A stretch of DNA of 64,000 nt from assembly GCA_965217615.1 (NCBI GenBank), contig CBDCIT010000016.1, positions 229,272 to 293,271 on the forward strand. The letters run 5' to 3'. Made by a program: the position numbers and the translations under genes. This DNA comes from Alphaproteobacteria bacterium. Lineage in GTDB: Bacteria > Pseudomonadota > Alphaproteobacteria > UBA8366 > CAVOAK01. Positions 30,707-40,179 of the stretch are shown piece by piece. Under the pieces are notes generated by a model. It did not search any database, was not told the origin of the DNA, and saw only the letters and a program-made list of their open reading frames with translations. How positions within the stretch are numbered: position 1 is the stretch's first letter; each line of letters begins with the position of its first letter.

Positions 30707-31969
30707 CTAAGTTCGGGGCCTGCTCCATCCAGGTGTATCCGGGTGGACCAGAAATGCGACTTCTTCTTCGGTGGACTCCCGGCCGAGCGCTTCGTTACGT
30801 GCCGGAAACCGGCCGAACCGGGTGAATACCTCTCTATGAGCTACCGCCGAATTTCGGCTTCGCTTGTTGTCCAATTTTGCGAATAGCTGGACGCTTAGAT
30901 CCTGGTCCTCGGAATTTTCGCTGTGTTCGAGCGGTAGATAGAGGAACAGACGCTGCGACTGCGGCAGCATTTTGTCGGCGCCAACTGCGAGAGCTTCCTT
31001 TGCAAGATTGCTGGCTAGCGCGTCGCTCGCAAACGCCTTTGGCAGTCCTCGGAACATGTTCCGGGAGAATTGGTCGAGAAGCACGATTTCCGCAACGCGC
31101 CCTTGCGGCGTTGCGCGCCAAGAAGCAAGTTCCTCTTTATTAGCGCGCGTATGCGCATCGAGAAAGCGCTCGCGCAACAATTGATCGAAGTTGGCGCCGC
31201 CACGGAAGCGATCCTCCTGGGTGCATTCCTCAAACCAGAAGTCGAAGACCTCGCACATCTCGGTGCCGCCAGCGGCACGCCATTCTGCACGTTCGGCACG
31301 CCATAGGTCAGCATACTCGACGTCCCTCCACTCCTCGAACCATGGTCCACCGCGCGTGAAATGGATGACATTGGGAGTACCGCCTTCGGGCGTACTCGAC
31401 CAACCTTCCAGCCAGTTCCAGTTTTCGTCTATTGAGCCAATCAACGCATCGTCGAGCCACATGAAACGGTGTAGGAAGAGGCCCGTTTCGCTATTCACGA
31501 GCTCCGGCGTCAACACCGCGTTAGCGGGATGTCCGCAGTTGTATAGGACCATCGATGACCAGTTCTTGCGCGGGTACTGAGTCTGCACCCGGCCGTCCAT
31601 CTTCCGTTCCTCCGGCGGATGATGGTCATGATGGACACACATCACCGCATAGCGATCGTCGGCAAGCCGCGCCAGCTTACGGACATCCTCCAACCATAAG
31701 AAGTCGCAGTCACAGAACAGCGCCCAGCCTTGATAACCGGCCAGGTGTGGCACGAGAAAACGCGAATAGGTGAACTCCGTCGATGCTAGCGCATCGATAT
31801 TCCGGGAATAGATTCCTTGTTCGCGGATCACCTCCCGGCGCAGTGGTTTCACGGAGATTGGCCCACTCGTCCGCGCATGCAGTGAGTGTCTGCACACCTT
31901 AAAGGCCTCGTCTTCACGGCTGTCCCAACCGACGAACACGCGAAACGTCTGCGATTTCGCAGCCGACAT
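30707..31969 (-). CDS. Fusion protein: N-terminal DXD glycosyltransferase-like domain + C-terminal DUF924
   Basis: The ATG at 31969 overlaps the stop of the upstream TPR gene (TGATG). N-terminal half has WALFCDCDFLW (DXD). C-terminal half has LLDQFSRNMFRG…YLPLEHSE…FGRFPARNEALGRESTEEE (DUF924 hallmarks). Confidence 0.75.
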   Translation of the reverse strand: MSAAKSQTFRVFVGWDSREDEAFKVCRHSLHARTSGPISVKPLRREVIREQGIYSRNIDALASTEFTYSRFLVPHLAGYQGWALFCDCDFLWLEDVRKLARLADDRYAVMCVHHDHHPPEERKMDGRVQTQYPRKNWSSMVLYNCGHPANAVLTPELVNSETGLFLHRFMWLDDALIGSIDENWNWLEGWSSTPEGGTPNVIHFTRGGPWFEEWRDVEYADLWRAERAEWRAAGGTEMCEVFDFWFEECTQEDRFRGGANFDQLLRERFLDAHTRANKEELASWRATPQGRVAEIVLLDQFSRNMFRGLPKAFASDALASNLAKEALAVGADKMLPQSQRLFLYLPLEHSENSEDQDLSVQLFAKLDNKRSRNSAVAHREVFTRFGRFPARNEALGRESTEEEVAFLVHPDTPGWSRPRT

Positions 31970-34110
31970 CAGGCACTCCTCAGTTGGTCGATGCACGGCG
32001 TCAGTTCGTCCCCAATTCTCTCCAATACCTGCTTCCACATCTGGTCTTGGTCCTGTCTGAAAATTCGCAAGGAGCGATACCATGGGGAATCGACGCGATC
32101 AATCTGCCACCGCCAACTCGGCTGCGTCGGCGCTAACATCCATACTGGCTTGTCTAGCGCGCCGGCAAAATGCACCGTCGTATTCGCCATGGAAATTACG
32201 AGGTCGAGCGCGTCTATCTGCGCCGCGAAGTCGTCGAGGTCGACACCTGTATTGTCCCAGCTATGCACGGTAACGCCATGCGTTGATTTGAACGTCGCGA
32301 TCTCTTCAGCGCAGTCGCCGTGCTGCAGGTTAACGACTGTAAGCCGTGATTCAGCAAGCAGATCGGACCAATCTCCGAGGCTCATCACGCGCCTGGAACG
32401 CTCCAATGCGCTCACTCCGCCGCGCCAGGAAATACCGATTCTCGGACCTTCGCCGAGCTCTGCGAATCGTCTGCGCCATCGTTCGACGGCCGCTGGATCC
32501 GTCGCTAGGTAGCGTCCCTCTACATTCTTGAAATCTTGCTCGCGGCGTCGAAAATGCCGCGGAAGGCTGCCGAAGGGCACAACGAAATCAGCCTCGGTCG
32601 CCTGCCAACCCCCATGCGACGCCTTATCGCCATCAACCTCGCAAGCCAAAAAGCTACGACGCATCAATGCGACAAGGCGGTCGTCGACCTGGATGGAGAC
32701 TTTTGCCGCCTGGGCAATCAAGTCGTCTAGGCATTGGGCGAACATAACGACGTCACCTGGGCCTTGTTCGCCGTAAACCATGATCGAACGGCCGCTTAAA
32801 CTCTCATCGCTCCAATGCGGTTGCGCAAAGGTTCGCGGAACCTCGTCGTCGATCTCCCACCGTCGCTCATAGTCGTCCCAACCTCGACCGTAGTCGCCCT
32901 TTAGGAGTAGAGCGTTGCATCGATTCCAGCGGGCGGTGAGGCTCGCCGGATTCCGCGCAAGCACGGAGTCAAACAACTCGATCGCCTCATCTAGCTTTCC
33001 AGTGCCTACATAAACTGTCGCGAGATTGGTTTCGGCTTCTACATAGGACGGGTCGAGTTCCAAGGCCTCGAGAAAGCTTTGGGCGGCCTCGTCCATTCGG
33101 TTCGTGTACTGCTGAACGAGACCCATGTTGTTGAGGACACGCGGGGCATTCGGAGCTAGCACGCTTACCCTAGTTATTTCCGCTTCCGCCTCCGCGTATA
33201 GCTCCTGATCGAAGTAAACCAGCGCAAGATTGTTCCGAGCCTCAGCATAATCATCGCGCAACTTCAGTGCATGGAGCAGATGTTCCTCAGCCTCTTCATA
33301 CCGGCCGAGCTTCCGCAATGCGTTGCCTAGATTATTGAGAAATTGCGGATTTTCAGGCTCGACTTCGAGGGCTTCCTGTAGAAGCGGTACCGCCTCCTCG
33401 CCGCGATCGGCCGCCGCAAGGGCAAGGCCGAGGTTGCCCAGAATGTAAGCGCTAGAACCTTGTTCGGTGCGTACTTGCGTGAGTAAGGCAACCGCATCCT
33501 CAGCCCGGCCCGCCGCGGTCATTGCCGCGCCGCAACTCGCCGCCGCCTCGGTGTCGCCCGGGGCGTGACGAAGAATCTCCTCATACCGCTTTACCGCATC
33601 AGCGGCACGGCCGCTCTCTAGAAGCAGACTGGCCAAGCCGTGTCGCGCCTCCAAATACTCGGGACGCGCGGCAATGGCGCGCTCTATGTGGGGTATGGCT
33701 TCGGCTCGCTGCCCTTGGAGCACGCAAACACGGCCCAAATTGAAGTGCGCCAGAGCATTCTCCGGCTGGCTCGACAACAATGCCTGAAAACTTGCAACCG
33801 CGTCTTCGAAGCGCCCTAGCGCCAGCTGTGCTTCACCGAGGTCGCCATAGTAGGCAATTCGCCGGGGCTCCAACTCGATCGCCCGGCCAATCAACTCAAC
33901 GGCCTCAACCCAACGCTGAGTGCGGCAGCCGACCATGCCAAGTAAGTAGAGCGCATCGACATTATCGCGATTCTGCGCAAGGGCAGCTCGAAGCACCTTA
34001 TCCGCCTGCTCCGTGTTCCCGGACTGCAGTAGCTTCAATGCTTCCGAGATTTCGGGACCTGGACGCGGCGGCTGTTCGGAAGCATCGCCTAGCTGGACTT
34101 TGTCGCTCAT
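31969..34110 (-). CDS. TPR-repeat protein with C-terminal GT9-like (GT-B) domain
   Basis: About 11 TPR units (…ALYLLGMV…AIELEP…, …NLGNALRKLGRYEEAEEHLLHALKL…). The C-terminal 300 aa (…GISWRGG…VISMANTTVHFAGALDKPVWML…) resemble heptosyltransferase-fold domains. Confidence 0.8.
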   Translation of the reverse strand: MSDKVQLGDASEQPPRPGPEISEALKLLQSGNTEQADKVLRAALAQNRDNVDALYLLGMVGCRTQRWVEAVELIGRAIELEPRRIAYYGDLGEAQLALGRFEDAVASFQALLSSQPENALAHFNLGRVCVLQGQRAEAIPHIERAIAARPEYLEARHGLASLLLESGRAADAVKRYEEILRHAPGDTEAAASCGAAMTAAGRAEDAVALLTQVRTEQGSSAYILGNLGLALAAADRGEEAVPLLQEALEVEPENPQFLNNLGNALRKLGRYEEAEEHLLHALKLRDDYAEARNNLALVYFDQELYAEAEAEITRVSVLAPNAPRVLNNMGLVQQYTNRMDEAAQSFLEALELDPSYVEAETNLATVYVGTGKLDEAIELFDSVLARNPASLTARWNRCNALLLKGDYGRGWDDYERRWEIDDEVPRTFAQPHWSDESLSGRSIMVYGEQGPGDVVMFAQCLDDLIAQAAKVSIQVDDRLVALMRRSFLACEVDGDKASHGGWQATEADFVVPFGSLPRHFRRREQDFKNVEGRYLATDPAAVERWRRRFAELGEGPRIGISWRGGVSALERSRRVMSLGDWSDLLAESRLTVVNLQHGDCAEEIATFKSTHGVTVHSWDNTGVDLDDFAAQIDALDLVISMANTTVHFAGALDKPVWMLAPTQPSWRWQIDRVDSPWYRSLRIFRQDQDQMWKQVLERIGDELTPCIDQLRSA

Positions 34111-34297
34111 TGCTGGATGTTTTATGCGAGATGGTCGTGTCGGCGCCCACTATGCCAGTATCGCGGCGGTCAGGCGAGCGGCTATTTGCCGACGGCGAAC
34201 GAATCATACGCCGAAACCGTGCTGCTCTCGGCCGCGTATCATGCCATGCCGATAACTTGCGACCGACCCTTCGAAAGCGCTATAAACCGCCGCCGGT

Positions 34298-34374
34298 CGG
34301 AGTGTAGCTCAGCCTGGTAGAGCACTGTCTTCGGGAGGCAGGGGCCGGTGGTTCGAATCCACTCACTCCGACCA
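34298..34374 (+). tRNA. tRNA-Pro (anticodon CGG), encoded CCA
   Basis: Acceptor CGGAGTG/CACTCCG, D-arm GCTCAGCCTGGTAGAGC, anticodon stem-loop CTGTC-TTCGGGA-GGCAG, T-arm GGTGGTTCGAATCCACT, A + CCA. Confidence 0.9.
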
Positions 34375-34472
34375 GTCTTTTCGGTGGTTCGAGAAGATTT
34401 CCCGATATCGGTTTGTGCGGCAAGCGCAGCACAAACCCTTCTTTTGCTGCGAGTCATGGGGGATACGACGTC

Positions 34473-35312
34473 ATGCCCGTCATCTTCAACCAGGAAGACA
34501 TCGCCGCCGTCGAAGCGGGAGAAGGTGCGTTCGTTCAGACGCTGCTGGACGACAAGACGACGAGCAACGACAACGTCCGTCTGCAACGCTGGCGGATCCA
34601 GCCAGACGGATCGATGCCGGTGGCCGTCGCCAAAACCGACCTCACCTGGGTGCAAGTTCTCTCCGGTCATGTCGAGTTCGACGGCAGCGAGGGCCACCAT
34701 GTTCTTAGCGACGTCCATCTTGTGTTTCTACCACCGGGTTTCAGCGGATCGCTTGCCAGCGACACCGGCGCCGTCCTGCTTCATGCGGAAGTGCCTGACG
34801 CCGCGCGGTTTGATCCGACATTCGCCGACAATCCACCGCCATTTCACTGTGTCGACTGGACCGAGGAGCCCGTCCTAAACGCCGAGCATGACGCGCGCAA
34901 ACGCATCTATTTCGTAACACCGAAAATGTTCGGAACCAAGGCGCTCGCCGGCGAGTTGATCATCTATCCGCCGGGAACCGAGGCCTCGAACCATCACCAT
35001 GAGGGCGCCGAGCATTTCCAATACATCGTCAAGGGCAGCGGGACGGTGTTCTCGAACGAGGAGCCACGTGCAATACGCGCCAACGACGTGATCTATAACT
35101 ATGAGCGGGAACGCCATTACTTCCGCTGCAGTGACGACGAGGAAATGCTGTTCGTAGAGTTCTTCGTGCCCGGCGAGTTCAAGACGATTTGGGCCGATAA
35201 CGCGCCAATTTGTGCCTGGGTCCCCACCGGCAAGAATTTTAACGGCGGGACGCCCATCCGCGAGATCGCGGCGCACAGTTCCGAGGATGTAGCAAAACCG
35301 GCCGACGTTTAG
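34473..35312 (+). CDS. Bicupin-domain protein (unknown function)
   Basis: ORF trimmed to MPVIFNQED…. It has two cupin-like halves; the second carries a metal motif (PPGTEASNHHHEGAEHFQYIVKG). Confidence 0.65.
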   Translation: MPVIFNQEDIAAVEAGEGAFVQTLLDDKTTSNDNVRLQRWRIQPDGSMPVAVAKTDLTWVQVLSGHVEFDGSEGHHVLSDVHLVFLPPGFSGSLASDTGAVLLHAEVPDAARFDPTFADNPPPFHCVDWTEEPVLNAEHDARKRIYFVTPKMFGTKALAGELIIYPPGTEASNHHHEGAEHFQYIVKGSGTVFSNEEPRAIRANDVIYNYERERHYFRCSDDEEMLFVEFFVPGEFKTIWADNAPICAWVPTGKNFNGGTPIREIAAHSSEDVAKPADV

Positions 35313-37654
35313 AGAGTCTGTGGCCTATTCAGCCGCCTATTAGGCGCATCACAGATCGCCCGCCAGATGCGTTCAGGCGTCGCCGGCATGTCGAAGTGAT
35401 CGATGCCAAGAGGCGCAAGTGCATCGACGACTGCATTGATGACTGCGGCCAGCGATCCGACCGTTCCCGACTCGCCCGCGCCCTTCACGCCCAACGGATT
35501 GGTTGCAGTCGGGACCGGGTTGGTTGCCATGTCGATCGAGCAGAGCGTTTCGGCGCGGGGCATCCCGTAATCAAGGAATGAGCCGGTTATGAGCTGGCCC
35601 GACTCGTCGTAGAGGATGGTCTCCGAAAGCGCCTGACCGACTCCCTGCGCGATACCGCCATGGATCTGGCCCTCAAGGAGAAGCGGATTGACGACCGTCC
35701 CGACATCGTCGACGACGCTGTAGCGGACGATTGTCAGCTCACCGGTTTCTTCGTCGATTTCCAGCTCACAGACGTGGCAACCGTTGGGAAAATTAACAAC
35801 TTCCGGTGAAAAAGTCGCGGTCTCACTGAAACCGGCCTCGACCCCGGGCGGCAGGTTTCGGCCGAGGAACGCCTGCCGCACGACATCGCCGAGAGCAACC
35901 GACCTGTCGGTTCCTGAAACGGAATATTCGCCCGCGGAGAAGACGACGTCGACTTCCGCAGCTTCAAGCAGGTGCGCGGCGAGTCGGCGACCCTTCTCGA
36001 CGATCTTGTCGGTTGCAAGGGATATCGCAGTGCCACCCGAGGTCATTGAGCGCGACCCCATCGTGCCGCTGCCAAGGGCGATCGCATCCGTATCGCCTTC
36101 CACGATGCGGACCGCCTCTGGCGACAATCCAAGGCGGCCGCAGACGAGCTGCCGATACACCGTATCGTGGCCCTGTCCGTGAGAGATCGTGCCCACCAAT
36201 ACGGTTAGCGAACCACCCGGATCGAAACGGACCTCCGCCGATTCCAAGCCAAAGCCCGCCTGCTCAATGGTATTGGAAACGCCAATCCCTCGCAGCTTAC
36301 CTCGGCCTTTCGCTTCATTCCGGCGTGCCTCGAATTCCGCGTAGTCCGCCATCGCCAGGGCGTCGTCCAGATTTTTTTCAAACGCGCCAGAGTCATAGGT
36401 GAAGGTGAGTGCCGTCTTATATGGCATTGCCTCCGCTGGAATCGTATTGCGTCGGCGGAGATCAATCCTGTCTACCCCCATTTCGACGGCAGCAAGATCG
36501 ATCAGCCGCTCAACAATGTAGGAGGCCTCAGGCCGGCCTGCACCGCGATAGGGCGCTGTCGAATTGGTGCTCGTGAATGCGCCTATCACTTCAACGTGGA
36601 TCGCCGGCGTCGTGTAGACACCGGCCAAGGATCCAAGATTTGAGATGCCGGGAACAGGGCCTTTCGAAGCGAGGTAGGCGCCTAAGTTGACGACCGTCGA
36701 CACCGTTAGCGCCAGGAACCGCCCGTTCGCGTCGAGCGCCAGCACCGCTTGGCTCAGGTTGTCGCGGGCATGGTTGTCGCTGGTGAACGCCTCGCTGCGG
36801 TCGCTGATCCATTTGACGGGCCGGCCAAGCCCCTTTGAGGCCCACAGCACGAGTATGAATTCAAGATAGGTGCCCCCTTTCATACCGAAGCTGCCGCCGA
36901 CGTCACCCGCTACGACACGGAACTTATGCTGCGGCAGAGCGAGGACGTTCTCGGCCAAGTCTTTGCGCACGCCGTGCGGCGCCTGCAGACCGGCATAGAG
37001 CGTGTAGCGCTCGTCATGTGCGTCGTACTGGCCGATGCATCCTCTAGGCTCCATCGTATTCGCGGAAACGCGGCTAATGGAAAATGTCCGCCGCGTGACA
37101 TGGGCGGCCCCGGCAATGCCCGCTTCTGCCGCCGTCTTGTCTCCCAATTCATGGCGAAAGCTGACGTTACCAGGACAGTCGTCCCAGATAAGCGGCGCGC
37201 CATCCTCGATCGCCTCGACCGCCGATGAAACAGGCTGCAACACCTCATAATCGATATCGACGAGATCCGCCGCGTCCCGCGCCGCGTTGAAACTCTCAGC
37301 GACGATGAAGGCAACCGGATCGCCCACATGGCGCACGGTTTCGGCCACGAGCGCGAACCGCGAGGTATGGAACATGACCTCACTGCCACGTCGAAGTCCG
37401 TCAATTTCGCAACGGAGCGGACCGATGCCGTCGGCGTGGAGATCGGCACCGGTAAGAACAGTGAGTACGCCCGGCGCGGATTGAGCCGATTCAACTTCGA
37501 TCGAGCGAATGCGGGCGTGCGCGTGAGGCGAGCGCAGAACAAAGCCGTGGGCTAGTTGAGGCAGCGAGACATCGTCGAGAAAGCGGCCCCGACCTCTGAG
37601 GAGACGAGGATCCCCGGTCCGTGCAACGCCTTGTCCAACCGCAAATCGTTCCAT
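35309..37654 (-). CDS. Molybdopterin-binding large subunit of a xanthine dehydrogenase/CoxL (form II-like) family hydroxylase
   Basis: 781 aa. N-terminal a/b-hammerhead (…GFVLRSPHAHARIRSIEV…) and active-site loop …APYRGAGRPEASY…. No small or medium subunit genes are adjacent. Confidence 0.85.
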   Translation of the reverse strand: MERFAVGQGVARTGDPRLLRGRGRFLDDVSLPQLAHGFVLRSPHAHARIRSIEVESAQSAPGVLTVLTGADLHADGIGPLRCEIDGLRRGSEVMFHTSRFALVAETVRHVGDPVAFIVAESFNAARDAADLVDIDYEVLQPVSSAVEAIEDGAPLIWDDCPGNVSFRHELGDKTAAEAGIAGAAHVTRRTFSISRVSANTMEPRGCIGQYDAHDERYTLYAGLQAPHGVRKDLAENVLALPQHKFRVVAGDVGGSFGMKGGTYLEFILVLWASKGLGRPVKWISDRSEAFTSDNHARDNLSQAVLALDANGRFLALTVSTVVNLGAYLASKGPVPGISNLGSLAGVYTTPAIHVEVIGAFTSTNSTAPYRGAGRPEASYIVERLIDLAAVEMGVDRIDLRRRNTIPAEAMPYKTALTFTYDSGAFEKNLDDALAMADYAEFEARRNEAKGRGKLRGIGVSNTIEQAGFGLESAEVRFDPGGSLTVLVGTISHGQGHDTVYRQLVCGRLGLSPEAVRIVEGDTDAIALGSGTMGSRSMTSGGTAISLATDKIVEKGRRLAAHLLEAAEVDVVFSAGEYSVSGTDRSVALGDVVRQAFLGRNLPPGVEAGFSETATFSPEVVNFPNGCHVCELEIDEETGELTIVRYSVVDDVGTVVNPLLLEGQIHGGIAQGVGQALSETILYDESGQLITGSFLDYGMPRAETLCSIDMATNPVPTATNPLGVKGAGESGTVGSLAAVINAVVDALAPLGIDHFDMPATPERIWRAICDAPNRRLNRPQTL

Positions 37655-37905
37655 TCTCCACCCGCCTCTACCCGAGAGATATCGTTTCGGCCTACCGCAG
37701 ATCGCGCATTCGATACGCCCCGCTGGTCATTAGTCTGTATAGCTGACGGTGACAAGACCCGCCACGCTCGTCCAGGCGATCTCGGACGATAAGCGGCTTG
37801 CCCCCTTATTCGGAATTTGCAACAAGAGGTTACGGTCGCAAAGTGACCGGCACGAACAAGGCCACACGCTATGCTAGGTGGTCAAAGACTTCGGGGAGCT
37901 ACGTG

Positions 37906-38823
37906 ATGCGTCTTGTCGTTCATGGACAACAGGCCTTCGGTAAATCGGTGCTGGAGGCGCTGCTCGAACGCGGTGAGGAGATCATCGCCGTCTACGTCGC
38001 TCCGGAGAAGGAAGGACAGCGCGCCGACCCCCTCAAGGAAGCGGCGCTCGCGCATGATCTACCGGTTTGCCAGCCCGACACGTACAAAGACCCAGCCGTT
38101 TGGGAGCAGTTCATTGAGTTGCGTCCCGACCTTTGCGTGATGGCCTTCGTCACCCTGTTTGTACCCGAGGAGTTTCTCGATATCCCAACCCGCGGAACGA
38201 TCCAGTACCACCCTTCGCTGCTGCCCCTGCACCGTGGCCCGAGCTCGATCAACTGGCCGATTATAGAGGGTGATAAGAAAACCGGGCTCTCCATCTTCTG
38301 GCCGGACAACGGCCTCGATACCGGCCCGATCCTGTTGCAGAAAGAGGTCGAGATCGGCGACGACGACACGCTCGGCAGCATTTATTTCGACAAGCTTTTT
38401 CCAATGGGTGTGGAGGCCATGCTGGAGGCCGTCAATCTGGTCAAGGCTGGAGGCGCGCCGCGTAATATGCAAGATGATTCACAGGCCACTTACGAGAGTT
38501 GGTGCTCCGCAGAACAGGTCGAAATCGATTGGAGCTATCCAGCCGGCGAAACTTACAATCTGATCCGCGGCGCCGATCCCCAACCCGGCGCCTGGACCAT
38601 GCACGATGGTGAGAGATTGCAGGTCTATGCAGCCCGGCTCCTGCCAGCCAAGCAGGGCAACGCACCAGGCACGGTCACCGAGCTAACCGACGACGGGATC
38701 GTTGTCGCAGTACCCGATGGCCAAATCCTGGTCACGCGCGTACGGCCCGCCAGTGGCAAGAAGGTCGCGGCACCCGAATTCGTCGCGGTGAGCGGCCTCA
38801 GCGTCGGCACGCAGCTCGGCTAG
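37906..38823 (+). CDS. Formyltransferase (Fmt/ArnA-N/FDH-N-like, with C-terminal Fmt_C-like domain)
   Basis: MRLVVHGQQAFG…, catalytic HPSLLPLHRGPSSINW…D motif. SD GGGGAG upstream of the ATG at 37906. Confidence 0.8.
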   Translation: MRLVVHGQQAFGKSVLEALLERGEEIIAVYVAPEKEGQRADPLKEAALAHDLPVCQPDTYKDPAVWEQFIELRPDLCVMAFVTLFVPEEFLDIPTRGTIQYHPSLLPLHRGPSSINWPIIEGDKKTGLSIFWPDNGLDTGPILLQKEVEIGDDDTLGSIYFDKLFPMGVEAMLEAVNLVKAGGAPRNMQDDSQATYESWCSAEQVEIDWSYPAGETYNLIRGADPQPGAWTMHDGERLQVYAARLLPAKQGNAPGTVTELTDDGIVVAVPDGQILVTRVRPASGKKVAAPEFVAVSGLSVGTQLG

Positions 38824-38869
38824 GGCGCAAAGCAGGCCACGATACGCTGAAGATCAAAGGGAGAAGAGC

Positions 38870-40135
38870 ATGAGCGAGGTCTACGAGGGCACTACGAAAG
38901 CGAACCAGGAGGCGTTCAAGCGGCTGGACGATTCGGAGCCGATCTTGGAAGACGTGCTGCCCGCCATCGACACGCTTCCCGGCATGACCGAGAACACCAT
39001 TCTCGCCGCGGGCCCGACCATGCCATGGCCCGACTATGTCGGCGGCCAACGCGACGGCATCATCGGTGGGGCTCTGTTCGAAGGGCTCGCCTCAGATCGC
39101 GACGACGCTATCGCCAAGCTCGACGCCGGCGAGATCGTCGTCGCCGGAGCGCATGACTTTGGCGCGCTTGGCTCGCTTGCCGGCATCTATACGGCCTCGA
39201 TGCCGGTCTTCGTCGTGCGCAACGCCAAATACGGCAATCTCGGCCACTGCAACTTCTACGAAGGCACCAACCCGCGCCGCCTCAACTACGGCGTCTATGA
39301 CGACGGCGTGCGCGACCGTCTGAATTACATCCACGAGGTCGTCGCACCGGTGATCCGTGATGCCATCCGGCTCGCCGAGGGTATCCCGTTGAAGCCGGTA
39401 ATGCGGCGCGCACTCCACATGGGCGACGAGCTGCACAGCCGCAATACGGCGGCCTCGCTGCTGCTATTGCGCGACTTGGTGCCGCATCTGATCGCCGTCA
39501 CCGAGAAGCAACGCGACAGCGTGGAGAAGACCGTCGAGGCGCTGACCGAAGACCACTATTTCTTCCTGCGCCTGTCGCTCGCGTCTGCCAAAGCGGTGGC
39601 CGATGCCGCCCACGGCGTCGAAGGATCGAGCGTCGTCTCGGGTATGTGCCTCAACTGCAAGGAGTTCGCGATTCGCGTCAGCGGCCTTGGCGACAAGAAC
39701 GCCTGGTTCCGCGGCGATCAGGCCTCGGTCGAGCCGAAGCTGTTCCCCGGCCACACTGAAGACGAGATCACCTGGATGGGCGGCGACAGCGCGATTGCCG
39801 AAACCACGGGTCTCGGCGGCTTTGCGCAGGCCGCGGCCTTCCCGCTGCAGAACTACCAGGGCGAGCCCGACGTCATGGTCAAGCGCAACCTCTCGCTCTA
39901 CGACATCGTCGTCGGCGAGAACAGCGAGTACCGCATCCCCTACCTGAAGTATCGCGGCACGCCGACCGGCGTCGATATCTTCAAGGTGGTTGCCACCGGT
40001 ACGGTGCCAGTTCTGGACATGGGCATCGGCGGAAAGGACGGCGGCCAGATCGGCGCCGGAATTGTCAGCGTACCGATGAACTGCTTCACCAAGGCGGTCG
40101 AGGCGTTCGAGTCGCAGTACGGCAAGGCCTCGTAA
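38870..40135 (+). CDS. DUF1116 (YlbE/AllG-like) protein
   Basis: 421 aa. …ILAAGPTMPWPDYVGGQRDGIIGGALFEG…GHCNFYEG…HMGDELHSRNTAAS…; resemblance to the YlbE family is from memory. Confidence 0.65.
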   Translation: MSEVYEGTTKANQEAFKRLDDSEPILEDVLPAIDTLPGMTENTILAAGPTMPWPDYVGGQRDGIIGGALFEGLASDRDDAIAKLDAGEIVVAGAHDFGALGSLAGIYTASMPVFVVRNAKYGNLGHCNFYEGTNPRRLNYGVYDDGVRDRLNYIHEVVAPVIRDAIRLAEGIPLKPVMRRALHMGDELHSRNTAASLLLLRDLVPHLIAVTEKQRDSVEKTVEALTEDHYFFLRLSLASAKAVADAAHGVEGSSVVSGMCLNCKEFAIRVSGLGDKNAWFRGDQASVEPKLFPGHTEDEITWMGGDSAIAETTGLGGFAQAAAFPLQNYQGEPDVMVKRNLSLYDIVVGENSEYRIPYLKYRGTPTGVDIFKVVATGTVPVLDMGIGGKDGGQIGAGIVSVPMNCFTKAVEAFESQYGKAS

Positions 40136-40179
40136 CGCGCTGCAGGCGCTGGTGCCGGTCGCAGCGATCGGAGACGAGG

